DNA of 64,000 nt from Desulfobulbus sp. (lineage in GTDB: Bacteria > Desulfobacterota > Desulfobulbia > Desulfobulbales > Desulfobulbaceae), in the NCBI GenBank assembly GCA_041622895.1, contig JBFJXW010000001.1, positions 1,567 to 65,566 on the forward strand. Reading direction: 5' to 3'. A program made the translations under genes and the position numbers. Numbering within the stretch: the first letter of the stretch is position 1; every line of letters begins with the position of its first letter. Below are positions 55,198 through 63,656 of this stretch, in pieces. Under the pieces are notes generated by a model. It made no database searches and was not told where the DNA came from. It saw only the letters and a list, made by a program, of their open reading frames with translations.

Positions 55198-57726
55198 TCA
55201 CACAACGACATAACGGGAAGATGGACCGCGCCCGGTTTTTTTCAGTATCTTTTTGGCAACAAGATCGTGCAAATCGTACTGAGCCGTGCGGACCGAAATG
55301 GCTCCTCCCACTGCAGCCTGATATTCGCCCCGACTGATGACGCCCTTGCTGGAAATTGTCGGCCAGGCTTTCCGCTGCCGAGGGTTCAGCTCAACGCCCG
55401 GGTCGTCTGCTACAGCATACTCAGCATCCAACGCCGCAGATACAGGATCAGGGGTGTCCTGAAACGCCGGCGGTGGCGCAGGTTTCGACTCGGGCAGTTT
55501 CATCGCAATCCCTGTTTCCTGCCCGCTTCTTTCATCAAAAAGAATCTGTTCGGCAAGCAGCAGCTCGCCTTCAGTAAAGGCCAGGGACCGAACAAGGCAG
55601 TTTTTCAGTTCACGGATATTTCCAGGCCAATCATAGTGCATCAGTTTTTCAAGAGCGCCCCGACTGATGCCGACTGGAGGTTTGTCGGAAATCGCCGCAT
55701 TTTCTTCCAGATAATATTTGACCAGCACCGGAATATCTTCCTTACGCTGCCGCAGCGGAGGCATGTTGATGGTAATCACGGCCAGACGGTAGTAGAGATC
55801 CTCCCGAAAATCGCCGGTACGCGAAAGCTGAAGCAGATCAACGTTGGTGGCAGCGATAATCCGGGCATCAAAAGCCACATCCGTATCGGAGCCCAGTGGC
55901 CGAATGCGTCGTACCGATAATGCCCGCAACAAGGCCTGCTGCACCTTGAGCGAAGCATTACCGATCTCGTCAAGATGCAGGGTTCCCCCTGATGCCGCGA
56001 CAAACGCCCCCTTGCGATCGGTCTGGGCATCGGAAAAGGCCCCCTTGATATGGCCAAACAGGGCGTCCATCAACAAATTTTCGTCAAGGGCACCGCAGTT
56101 GATGGAAATGAAGGGTGCTTTCGCACGATGACTGACGGAGTGGATGGCCTCCGCGGTCAATTCCTTGCCGGTTCCGGTTTCACCAATGATAAGCACATCG
56201 GCCAGTACCCTGGAGGCCTTGTGAATCTGCTGACGCAGTTCGTTAACGGCAGAGCTGCCGCCGACAATGCCGTAGAGGGGCATGGCCAGCAACTGCGGGT
56301 CAAGGGCCGGGTTGTTTTTAATCTCTTTTTCGAGATTGACGCTTTGGCGCATACGATCATCTTCAAAAATCCCTTCACGCAAAATAGTGTCATTGCGCGC
56401 AATCTGCAGCTGTAACAGCAGGATATTGATCGACCGCTGAAACTGATTGATTTCAGCAAAAAGAGGGCTCAGCGCCAGGGGTGAAGCATCGTCACCGGAG
56501 ACACGGACATCGACCGCTTCCGCCAGGAGGTCGAGCGGTCGGCTGATGCGGCGCGCGATAAAATACATGGCAAGGAATACCAGCAGCAGGCCCAAGACGA
56601 GACTGATGGCCAGTGTCCCGGCGATACGATAGGTGGAGGCCATGAACATAAAACTGGTGTCAATGCACCCGATGCCGCCGACAATGCGCTGCGTCGCCGA
56701 ATCTTCATTGAAGACAATGGGGACATAACTGAGATAGAGGGTCCTGTCGGTTCCGGACGGGGCCATAAAAGGCTTGGAGATAAATACCTGCCCTCCTTTC
56801 CCGCCCTGGACATCAGAGACCATGGCCCAATACAGGTTGTTCTCAAATCCCGGGCGAAAGGCGGTATCAAATCCGGGACGCCCAACGTCCCCCTGCAATC
56901 CGGAACGGAGCAGATCAACGGACAACTCCGCCTGGTGCTGATCCGGAGAAACCGATTCAAAAAGCAGCCAGCCCGAGGCATCAAAAAAGAAAGTCTTCTT
57001 CTGCTCGCTTTCCTGTGGGAACAGATAGAGCGGCGAATGCTTGGAGCTGTGCAGGGAAACGATATCGCGCAGGCGCGGCAGATCGAGCGAGAGTGTCAGC
57101 TGGCCCCTGTAGACCTTGTTGGCTCCATAGACGGGAGTCGAAAGGCGAAAGACATGCATGCCAATGGAATGCACCCCTCCCTGAACAGGAACAGAGGGAT
57201 AGATCACCTCCAGAGGGTCACTGATATGGACATAGCCGGCAGGTTTGCCCATGAGCTGCTCACGACGGGTAAACACACTGAACTTGGCGCCCATGGCCTG
57301 TTCGGGCGGGATGGAGACCACCGCGGAACCGGTGTTGACGAGAACAAAGTGTTCATCGGTAGCGTGCCCCTGAAAGGCGATCTCTCGATAACAGTTGCGC
57401 ACTTCCGATGAAGTTGCGGCCAGATGCTCGATAATCGACTCCTGGGTGAGCGGCATGCGCGATAAAAATTCCAACTCATACCGTGCCGCGACCAGCAGCC
57501 TGTTGATTTCATACGCCTGCGCCATTGCCCGGAGCTGCGCATTTCTCGAATACGCCTGATTGAGATACAACGAGGCGATCTTGTAGGTAACAGCCACCGA
57601 GACGGAAAGAATGACTCCCAACAGCAGCGTGCCCAAAAGAATCAGGAACTTGCCGATACTCCAGGCATAGATGGAACCATCGGTCCGGATGACTGGATTG
57701 AGGAGGGGGGGGTGGAAATAGCGCAT
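55198..57726 (-). CDS. membrane-anchored sigma-54 activator-like protein, paralog 2
   Basis: 842 aa. Same architecture as paralog 1. Walker A GETGTGKE, GAFTGA position reads GAFSDA. C-terminus LNPRQRKAW...VRTAQYDLHDLVAKKILKKTGRGPSSRYVV. GAGGA before the ATG. Confidence 0.85.
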   Translation of the reverse strand: MRYFHPPLLNPVIRTDGSIYAWSIGKFLILLGTLLLGVILSVSVAVTYKIASLYLNQAYSRNAQLRAMAQAYEINRLLVAARYELEFLSRMPLTQESIIEHLAATSSEVRNCYREIAFQGHATDEHFVLVNTGSAVVSIPPEQAMGAKFSVFTRREQLMGKPAGYVHISDPLEVIYPSVPVQGGVHSIGMHVFRLSTPVYGANKVYRGQLTLSLDLPRLRDIVSLHSSKHSPLYLFPQESEQKKTFFFDASGWLLFESVSPDQHQAELSVDLLRSGLQGDVGRPGFDTAFRPGFENNLYWAMVSDVQGGKGGQVFISKPFMAPSGTDRTLYLSYVPIVFNEDSATQRIVGGIGCIDTSFMFMASTYRIAGTLAISLVLGLLLVFLAMYFIARRISRPLDLLAEAVDVRVSGDDASPLALSPLFAEINQFQRSINILLLQLQIARNDTILREGIFEDDRMRQSVNLEKEIKNNPALDPQLLAMPLYGIVGGSSAVNELRQQIHKASRVLADVLIIGETGTGKELTAEAIHSVSHRAKAPFISINCGALDENLLMDALFGHIKGAFSDAQTDRKGAFVAASGGTLHLDEIGNASLKVQQALLRALSVRRIRPLGSDTDVAFDARIIAATNVDLLQLSRTGDFREDLYYRLAVITINMPPLRQRKEDIPVLVKYYLEENAAISDKPPVGISRGALEKLMHYDWPGNIRELKNCLVRSLAFTEGELLLAEQILFDERSGQETGIAMKLPESKPAPPPAFQDTPDPVSAALDAEYAVADDPGVELNPRQRKAWPTISSKGVISRGEYQAAVGGAISVRTAQYDLHDLVAKKILKKTGRGPSSRYVVV

Positions 57727-58056
57727 GGCTTTTCCTCATTGCGAGATATTCTGGATGCATCACGAAATCTTTGCATTTTTCTACCTGGCATCGTGCAAAA
57801 CAACAAGCGGAATTTCAATACTCCCCCGAAATACATAGTTAAAAATTTTTTGCACAAATACTGGCACACTTATTGGTTATCTTGGGCAGCTGACTTCCTC
57901 TACTCTGGGCACCGCACTCCCCCGACGAAGGAAAGAATATGCTGATCCGAGCGTCCGGATCCCCCTCCACGGCGCTCGGGTCTCCCCTTACCCTTTCCCG
58001 GCAGCAGGCCACCGGGAGATTTGAGAAAACGCTATTCAAACAACAAGGAGATCAAG

Positions 58057-58356
58057 ATGAAAACGAGACTACAACGGTTATGGTGGACACTCCTGACCTT
58101 GGTTCTGCTCACTCCGAGCCTGTCCCTGGCTGCCGGCGGTGGTAAAAGCGCTCCCATTGTCATTGTTGCAGATACCCGGCAACTCGATGGTATCATGGCC
58201 TGGTGGGCTAACCTCTACAACGAAAGTCATTTTCAGTTCATGATTCTGACCATCATCATCATTCCCGTGACCGGTGTCCTTTTCGGCGTCCTCGCTGACA
58301 TCATCATGGGATGGATCGGAATTGACCTGAAATCCCGCGAACTCGCTGAGCATTAA
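58057..58356 (+). CDS. 99-aa signal-peptide plus C-terminal-TM protein, unknown function
   Basis: ATG at 58057 after AAGGAG. Translation MKTRLQRLWWTLLTLVLLTPSLSLAAGGG... then the TM FMILTIIIIPVTGVLFGVLADIIMGWI. From memory, resembles the small 'DVU0150 family' proteins of Desulfovibrio (unverified). Confidence 0.7.
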   Translation: MKTRLQRLWWTLLTLVLLTPSLSLAAGGGKSAPIVIVADTRQLDGIMAWWANLYNESHFQFMILTIIIIPVTGVLFGVLADIIMGWIGIDLKSRELAEH

Positions 58357-58377
58357 TTCGAACCTAAGGAGATTCTC

Positions 58378-59433
58378 ATGGACTGGCTCTATATTCTCAT
58401 GCCCATTGCCGGAGTTAAGATCTTCTGGCCCGGGCTCATCATCCTCGGCGTAGGTGTTGGTATCATCGGTGGTTTCTTTGGCATGGGCGGCGCCTGGATG
58501 GTTACCCCCGGCCTCAACATCCTCGGATTTCCCATGGCCTTTGCCATCGGTACGGACATTGCCCATATGGCCGGTAAATCTTTGATTTCGACCATGCGCC
58601 ACGGCAAATTCGGCAATGTCGACTATAAACTCGGCATGATCATGCTGGTGGGTACGGTTGTCGGTTTTGAAGCCGGCGCCCAGATGGTCATGTGGCTGGA
58701 GCGACTCGGCTCAGTTGAAAAAGTCGTGCGCTGGATCTACATCGGCCTGCTGGCTTTCATTGCCTGGATGGTATTCCATGATGTCGCCAAGCGCCGCGCC
58801 AAAGAAAAAGCCGCATCCGCTCGGGGCGAAGTACTGGAAGCGGGCGCCACTGGTGTCGAGTGGCACAAGACCCTGCACAAAATCAAAATCCCGCCGATGA
58901 TCCATCTGGAAGTCGCCGGTATCTACTGCAGTGCCTGGCTGCCGATCTTCGTCAGTTTCCTTACCGGCTGGTTGGCTGGTATCCTTGGCATCGGCGGCGG
59001 TCTGATCCGTATGCCGGCCCTGATCTACATGATCGGCTGTCCGACCCACGTTGCCGTCGGCACCGACCTCTTTGAAGTAGCCATTTCCGGTCTCTACGGC
59101 GCCGCAACCTATACCTTTAAAGGACGAACCGAGCTGGTGGCCGCCATGATCATGCTGGTCGGCGCAGCCATGGGTGCTCAGGTCGGCGCGGTTGCCACCA
59201 AATACATCAAGGGCTACGGCATACGTATCGCCTTCGGCCTGGCGGTTATCGGCTGCGCGCTGTCCATCCTGATGAAACTGGTACAGCCTTGGGTGCCCCA
59301 GTACAAAGCCCTGCTCGACCTCTCTTCCACGGTTCTGGTCCTTGGCCTGGTCACCTTGATGTCCCTGTACATCTTCGTCAGGATGGTTGCCGGGGTAAAA
59401 GAAGAATTACGTGCCAAGCAGCAGCGAGTCTAA
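58378..59433 (+). CDS. TauE/SafE (DUF81) family anion permease, long form
   Basis: 351 aa. Two homologous halves each containing ...G(G/I)(F/L)(F/G)G(M/I)GGG... motifs (GGFFGMGGAW; GILGIGGGLI), separated by a charged ~48-aa loop. Confidence 0.8.
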   Translation: MDWLYILMPIAGVKIFWPGLIILGVGVGIIGGFFGMGGAWMVTPGLNILGFPMAFAIGTDIAHMAGKSLISTMRHGKFGNVDYKLGMIMLVGTVVGFEAGAQMVMWLERLGSVEKVVRWIYIGLLAFIAWMVFHDVAKRRAKEKAASARGEVLEAGATGVEWHKTLHKIKIPPMIHLEVAGIYCSAWLPIFVSFLTGWLAGILGIGGGLIRMPALIYMIGCPTHVAVGTDLFEVAISGLYGAATYTFKGRTELVAAMIMLVGAAMGAQVGAVATKYIKGYGIRIAFGLAVIGCALSILMKLVQPWVPQYKALLDLSSTVLVLGLVTLMSLYIFVRMVAGVKEELRAKQQRV

Positions 59434-59456
59434 CCAGGAAAATACATAAGGAGAAT

Positions 59457-60074
59457 ATGATGAACATTAAAAACATACTGCTCGCTGTCGCCGCAGTCAG
59501 CCTGGTCATGGGGCCCGTGGGATGTAAAGCCGATTTTTCCAAAGTGGAACAGGGCAGATGCATTGCCTTTAACAAGGACACCAAAGAGGTGACCCTGATC
59601 CATGACAGTGCCATGGATACCCAGAAACCGGTATACGATGTCCTGCCGCCTTCGGTCTTCAAACTGCCGACCGATCCCAAGGAAACCGGTCCCGAACCCA
59701 AGGCCGGTCAACGGATGAAGCTCGATACTGAGAAAAAAGTGATCGTGATCTTTGACACCACCACCCAGAAATTCGCGGATGTCCCGATCACCATCGTCGA
59801 TCTGCAGCAGCCGATTGACAAGGAACATCCACTGGTCTATGACAAGGCGGAGAAGAAAGCGAAAAAATTTCCAGTGATCGATCAGGAAAAGAAGACCATC
59901 ACGGTCTACTCCGGACGCCAGAAAATGCTCTGCACCTTCTCGGTTCCGGATGCATACTTCACCTACCCGCCAAGCACCTGGGATGCGGGCGATGAGGTAC
60001 GCTTGACCTATAAGGTCGCCGGTCAGGCCCTTCGATTCATGAATATCTCCAAAACCGATATTTTCAAAAAATAA
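59457..60074 (+). CDS. lipoprotein, unknown function
   Basis: AAGGAG before the ATG at 59457. MMNIKNILLAVAAVSLVMGPVGCK lipobox. Lys/Asp-rich soluble domain; possibly DUF4881-type (memory only). Confidence 0.75.
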   Translation: MMNIKNILLAVAAVSLVMGPVGCKADFSKVEQGRCIAFNKDTKEVTLIHDSAMDTQKPVYDVLPPSVFKLPTDPKETGPEPKAGQRMKLDTEKKVIVIFDTTTQKFADVPITIVDLQQPIDKEHPLVYDKAEKKAKKFPVIDQEKKTITVYSGRQKMLCTFSVPDAYFTYPPSTWDAGDEVRLTYKVAGQALRFMNISKTDIFKK

Positions 60075-60131
60075 CAACCGGTCCGCGGGCGGGATTGAAC
60101 CCCGCCCGCTTTTTCACAACGGGAGAATGTC

Positions 60132-60353
60132 ATGTCTGAATACAAATTTTTCCTTTTCCATAAACTGCTGGTGGTGAGCATCAACGTTCTGGTGCTCGTC
60201 GGGCTGACCGTTGCCATGTACCGGGCATCACTCACCCCTGATGATTTCAACGTCACGTTTTTTAAAACCATGTTCTCCCTGCTCATGCCCACCATGCTTC
60301 TCGGCTTTATCGGCAAGCGAATCCTCAATCGCCGCCGCATCGCACTGACATGA
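60132..60353 (+). CDS. 73-aa two-TM membrane protein
   Basis: GGGAG before the ATG. LLVVSINVLVLVGLTVAMY and MFSLLMPTMLLGFIG helices. The stop overlaps the next gene's start (ATGA at 60350-60353). Confidence 0.6.
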   Translation: MSEYKFFLFHKLLVVSINVLVLVGLTVAMYRASLTPDDFNVTFFKTMFSLLMPTMLLGFIGKRILNRRRIALT

Positions 60354-61180
60354 TTGCCGGCGCAGGCTACGTCCGCTGGCAAAAACGAGCCGGCACCTTT
60401 GCCATGGTAGTACTGGTGGCCGCCCTGCTTTCGTTTGCAGACGCCCTGGTGGGCGGCCTTACCGGAAAACATGGCACCATCAATCTCGTCCCCGACAGCC
60501 GTTATGCAATCAGCGGCCCCCTGCCGCCAAAAACCACGGAGATCAAGGAGTTCGTCATTGAAGGTCAGGCAAGAAACGGCAGAGTCCGCCTCGTTCCGGA
60601 AACCATCTTTTCCGGCTACTTGTTCGGCGGCGCCATGTGGCGCGGGGCGATTGTGGTTGATCCCCTTGCCCGCCAAGGCCGTTATGTCATCTCGGTCAAG
60701 GATCGATTTGGCGAAAAACAGAATCCGGCCCTTGTGTTCAAGGTCAGGGTCTGGCCCGATCAGGCCACTCGGAATGCCAACGCCCCCTCCTTGCTGACCC
60801 GCATGACCGGCAAAAGCCCTTATCTCTTTGCCATTGGCTTCGCGCTCTGCGGCATTGCAGCAGGCGGAGCGAACTTCCTTCTCGGCCGGCTCTGGGCGCG
60901 CCATCTGGCCGCACACCACTGTGGTGAAATCTATAAATTGCGTCACACGGAACACGGCACGGAAATAACCTGTGAAATCCACTGCCTTTCGGCTGTCCAC
61001 CCAGGCATGCCAGGTGCCATTTACCGCGCTTCGGGAGAGATGCTCTCAGCGGCTCACGTTTCAACCTGTGAAAACAACCAGGTACTGATGCTGGTCGACA
61101 CACCGCAATTCGTCCGCCTGGGAGATGTAGCCTGTCTGCAGCTCGATTCGACCGAGGGAAGAGATGTTGAGGCCGGCTGA
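60350..61180 (+). CDS. 276-aa bitopic membrane protein with Cys/His-rich cytoplasmic tail
   Basis: TM1 FAMVVLVAALLSFADALVGGL, ~130-aa beta-rich periplasmic segment, TM2 LFAIGFALCGIAAGGANFLLG, tail HHCGEIYKLRHTEHGTEITCEIHC... Translationally coupled to the 73-aa ORF. Confidence 0.65.
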   Translation: MIAGAGYVRWQKRAGTFAMVVLVAALLSFADALVGGLTGKHGTINLVPDSRYAISGPLPPKTTEIKEFVIEGQARNGRVRLVPETIFSGYLFGGAMWRGAIVVDPLARQGRYVISVKDRFGEKQNPALVFKVRVWPDQATRNANAPSLLTRMTGKSPYLFAIGFALCGIAAGGANFLLGRLWARHLAAHHCGEIYKLRHTEHGTEITCEIHCLSAVHPGMPGAIYRASGEMLSAAHVSTCENNQVLMLVDTPQFVRLGDVACLQLDSTEGRDVEAG

Positions 61181-61499
61181 TGGCACAACCTCCTTTTCCG
61201 GAAGACGCTCCGCGTTCTTGAAAAGTAATTGACAACTATTGGCAAGCTTTGTAGTGGTTACAGGTGGATATCGGATGGTCGGACCCCTCGGATTCCTTTC
61301 TTTTCACGCCACAAAGCAGCGTGTGGCAACGATCACTCATGACCATGTCTCGCCACAGCGCAACGAGGAGCCCCTTGATCCCAAAGAGTTCAGGACAACG
61401 TACAACGATACGCTCTATTTCTTCTTACCAACCCCCCTTCTCCCGGTCCGGCTGAGTCTGCCCGCACCACATTGATGACGCAGACACAAGGATAGTACA

Positions 61500-63152
61500 A
61501 TGGAAAGAAACTACACAAAACTCTGGTGGCGTCACTGCCTGGCTATTATCTGTTTTTCCGTTATTCCGCTGCTGTTCGTCAATATATCCCTCTATATACT
61601 TTTCGATAGGATTTACACCGAAAAAGTCACCGAAACGCTGCGCAGTACTGCAGAAAATCGGAGAGATGCTATTGATCTGTTCTTTAACGAACGCATCGCT
61701 CAACTGTTCACGGTCGCCAACACCAACACCTTCCAGGACCTTACCAACGAGACCTATCTCAATAAAGTATTCGATGTCATGCATGCCAAGTCCAACACCT
61801 ACATGGACATCGGTATCATCGACATGGAAGGCCACCATCTTTCTTATGTCGGCCCGTATTACAACCTGCTTAAAACAGTAAATTACAAGAACGAGCCCTG
61901 GTTCGATGCCGTCAAGGCCAACGGCATCTACATAAGCGATATCTTCATGGGCTACCGCAAGGTTCCGCACTTTATTATCGCTGTGATGGTCAGGGAAAAG
62001 AGCACGTCCTGGATACTCAGAGTCACCATTAATCTGAAAAATATCGATGAAATTGTGCAGAAGGCATGGATTGGCAATCTGAGCGATGCCTTTATCGTCA
62101 ACAGTAAAAACATGCTGCAGACCAGGCCGAGGTTCGGAGGCACTTTTCTGGAACCTCCGGTGAATCCCGATTTTTCATCGACAGTGACGACCAGGGTGAC
62201 CCGCCTTACCTTTCAGGGCATTGAATCCTTCTACGCGGCCATCCCCATCCACAACACCAAATGGGTTCTGGTTATCAAGGAAAACCCCGATGAAATGCTC
62301 TCTCCCTTGCAGAAAGGAAAATACTGGGCCGTGTTTCTCACCATGCTGGGTCTGGCCCTTATCACCACCGGTGCCGCCTTTTTCACCAACACCCTGATCA
62401 ACAGGATCAAGAAAACCGATCACGAAAATGCCATCAATTCCACCATGCTGCTGCAGGCAAACAAGATGATAGCCCTCAGCAAGATGGCCGCCGGAATCGC
62501 CCATGAGGTCAACAACCCCCTGGCCTCGATAGCCGAAAAAGCGGGCTGGCTCAAAGACCTTCTAGAGGAAGAGGATATTGCCGCAAGCAAGAATTTTGCT
62601 GAATTCAGCGAATCGGTCGACAAAATCGAACGGCATGTCGACAGAGCACGAAAAATAATTCATAATCTGCTCGGGTTTGCCCGTAGAATGGAGCCCGCCA
62701 AAGAGAAAATCAATGTCAACAACCTGCTTGACGAAACCACCGGCTTTCTGGAAAACGAAGCCAAATATGTCAATATCAACATAAAAAAACAGTACGACGA
62801 CAATGTTCCGGTTATTACCAGCGACCTGTCACAAATCCAGCAAGTCGTACTCAATCTGCTGAACAACGCCATCGACGCCATCGGTCATGACGGCACGGTG
62901 ACCGTCTCCAGCCGGTATTTTGAAAAATCCGACGAGGTGGCAATTGCTGTCGCCGATACCGGGCCTGGAATACCGGAATCCGAATTGAACAAGATCTTTG
63001 ATCCGTTCTTTACGACCAAGGAAGTTGGCAAAGGCACGGGGCTGGGCCTTTCCATATCGTACAGTATCATTGAAAAGCTGGGTGGAAAAATACAGGTTAA
63101 CAGTAAGGTAGGCGAGGGAACGGTCTTCACGATTCTCCTCCCGAAACACTAA
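61500..63152 (+). CDS. membrane sensor histidine kinase with periplasmic Cache-like domain (paralog B)
   Basis: 550 aa. TM, ~250-aa periplasmic domain, TM. H-box AAGIAHEVNNPLASI, boxes [24 protein letters not shown]. The N-terminal region aligns with the kinase at 50370-52064. Confidence 0.9.
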   Translation: MERNYTKLWWRHCLAIICFSVIPLLFVNISLYILFDRIYTEKVTETLRSTAENRRDAIDLFFNERIAQLFTVANTNTFQDLTNETYLNKVFDVMHAKSNTYMDIGIIDMEGHHLSYVGPYYNLLKTVNYKNEPWFDAVKANGIYISDIFMGYRKVPHFIIAVMVREKSTSWILRVTINLKNIDEIVQKAWIGNLSDAFIVNSKNMLQTRPRFGGTFLEPPVNPDFSSTVTTRVTRLTFQGIESFYAAIPIHNTKWVLVIKENPDEMLSPLQKGKYWAVFLTMLGLALITTGAAFFTNTLINRIKKTDHENAINSTMLLQANKMIALSKMAAGIAHEVNNPLASIAEKAGWLKDLLEEEDIAASKNFAEFSESVDKIERHVDRARKIIHNLLGFARRMEPAKEKINVNNLLDETTGFLENEAKYVNINIKKQYDDNVPVITSDLSQIQQVVLNLLNNAIDAIGHDGTVTVSSRYFEKSDEVAIAVADTGPGIPESELNKIFDPFFTTKEVGKGTGLGLSISYSIIEKLGGKIQVNSKVGEGTVFTILLPKH

Positions 63153-63161
63153 AAGGACACA

Positions 63162-63545
63162 ATGGATACATTGCGGGTGTTGATTGTTGATGATGAGGAT
63201 GATTTCAGAGAGACCATTGTCAAGAGATTAAACGCGAGAAAAATCTTCGCCGAAGGCGCAGCCAGCGGCATCAAAGCGTTGGAGGTCCTTGAAACCAAGG
63301 ATTTTGACGTTATTGTGCTGGATGTCAAGATGCCGGATATGGATGGAATTGAAACCCTGCGCCATATTAAAAAGCTCAAGCCTGAGATCGAGGTCATCAT
63401 GCTGACCGGGCATGCCTCCGTCGAATTCGGGCTCAAGGGGATGCAACTGGGGGCGTTTGACTATGTCATGAAGCCCGCCCCGCTGAACGAGTTGCTCGAC
63501 ACCATCGGCCAGGCCTTCAACAAGAAGCGCGGCATTGTTCATTAA
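63162..63545 (+). CDS. single-domain response regulator
   Basis: 127 aa. VLIVDDE, VIVLDVKMPDMDG, MLTGHAS, VMKP. 9 nt after the kinase stop. Confidence 0.9.
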   Translation: MDTLRVLIVDDEDDFRETIVKRLNARKIFAEGAASGIKALEVLETKDFDVIVLDVKMPDMDGIETLRHIKKLKPEIEVIMLTGHASVEFGLKGMQLGAFDYVMKPAPLNELLDTIGQAFNKKRGIVH

Positions 63546-63656
63546 TTCCAGCAACAGCTGCACCTGAGTCCAACCAGCACCCCCCACCTGCCGGATTGAT
63601 CCACTAGGCGGACCTAAGGGAAAATTCTCTGATCGGGAGGCGTACGAAAGAATCCT

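Noticed and set aside
57939-58145. 68-aa ORF (MLIRASGSPSTALGS...) with an AAGGA SD-like sequence, overlapping the start of the 99-aa gene in another frame.
   Set aside because: It has no TM helix or motif and a low-complexity Ser/Gly/Thr/Gln composition, and it overlaps a better-supported gene. Kept only as a possibility for Ribo-seq.
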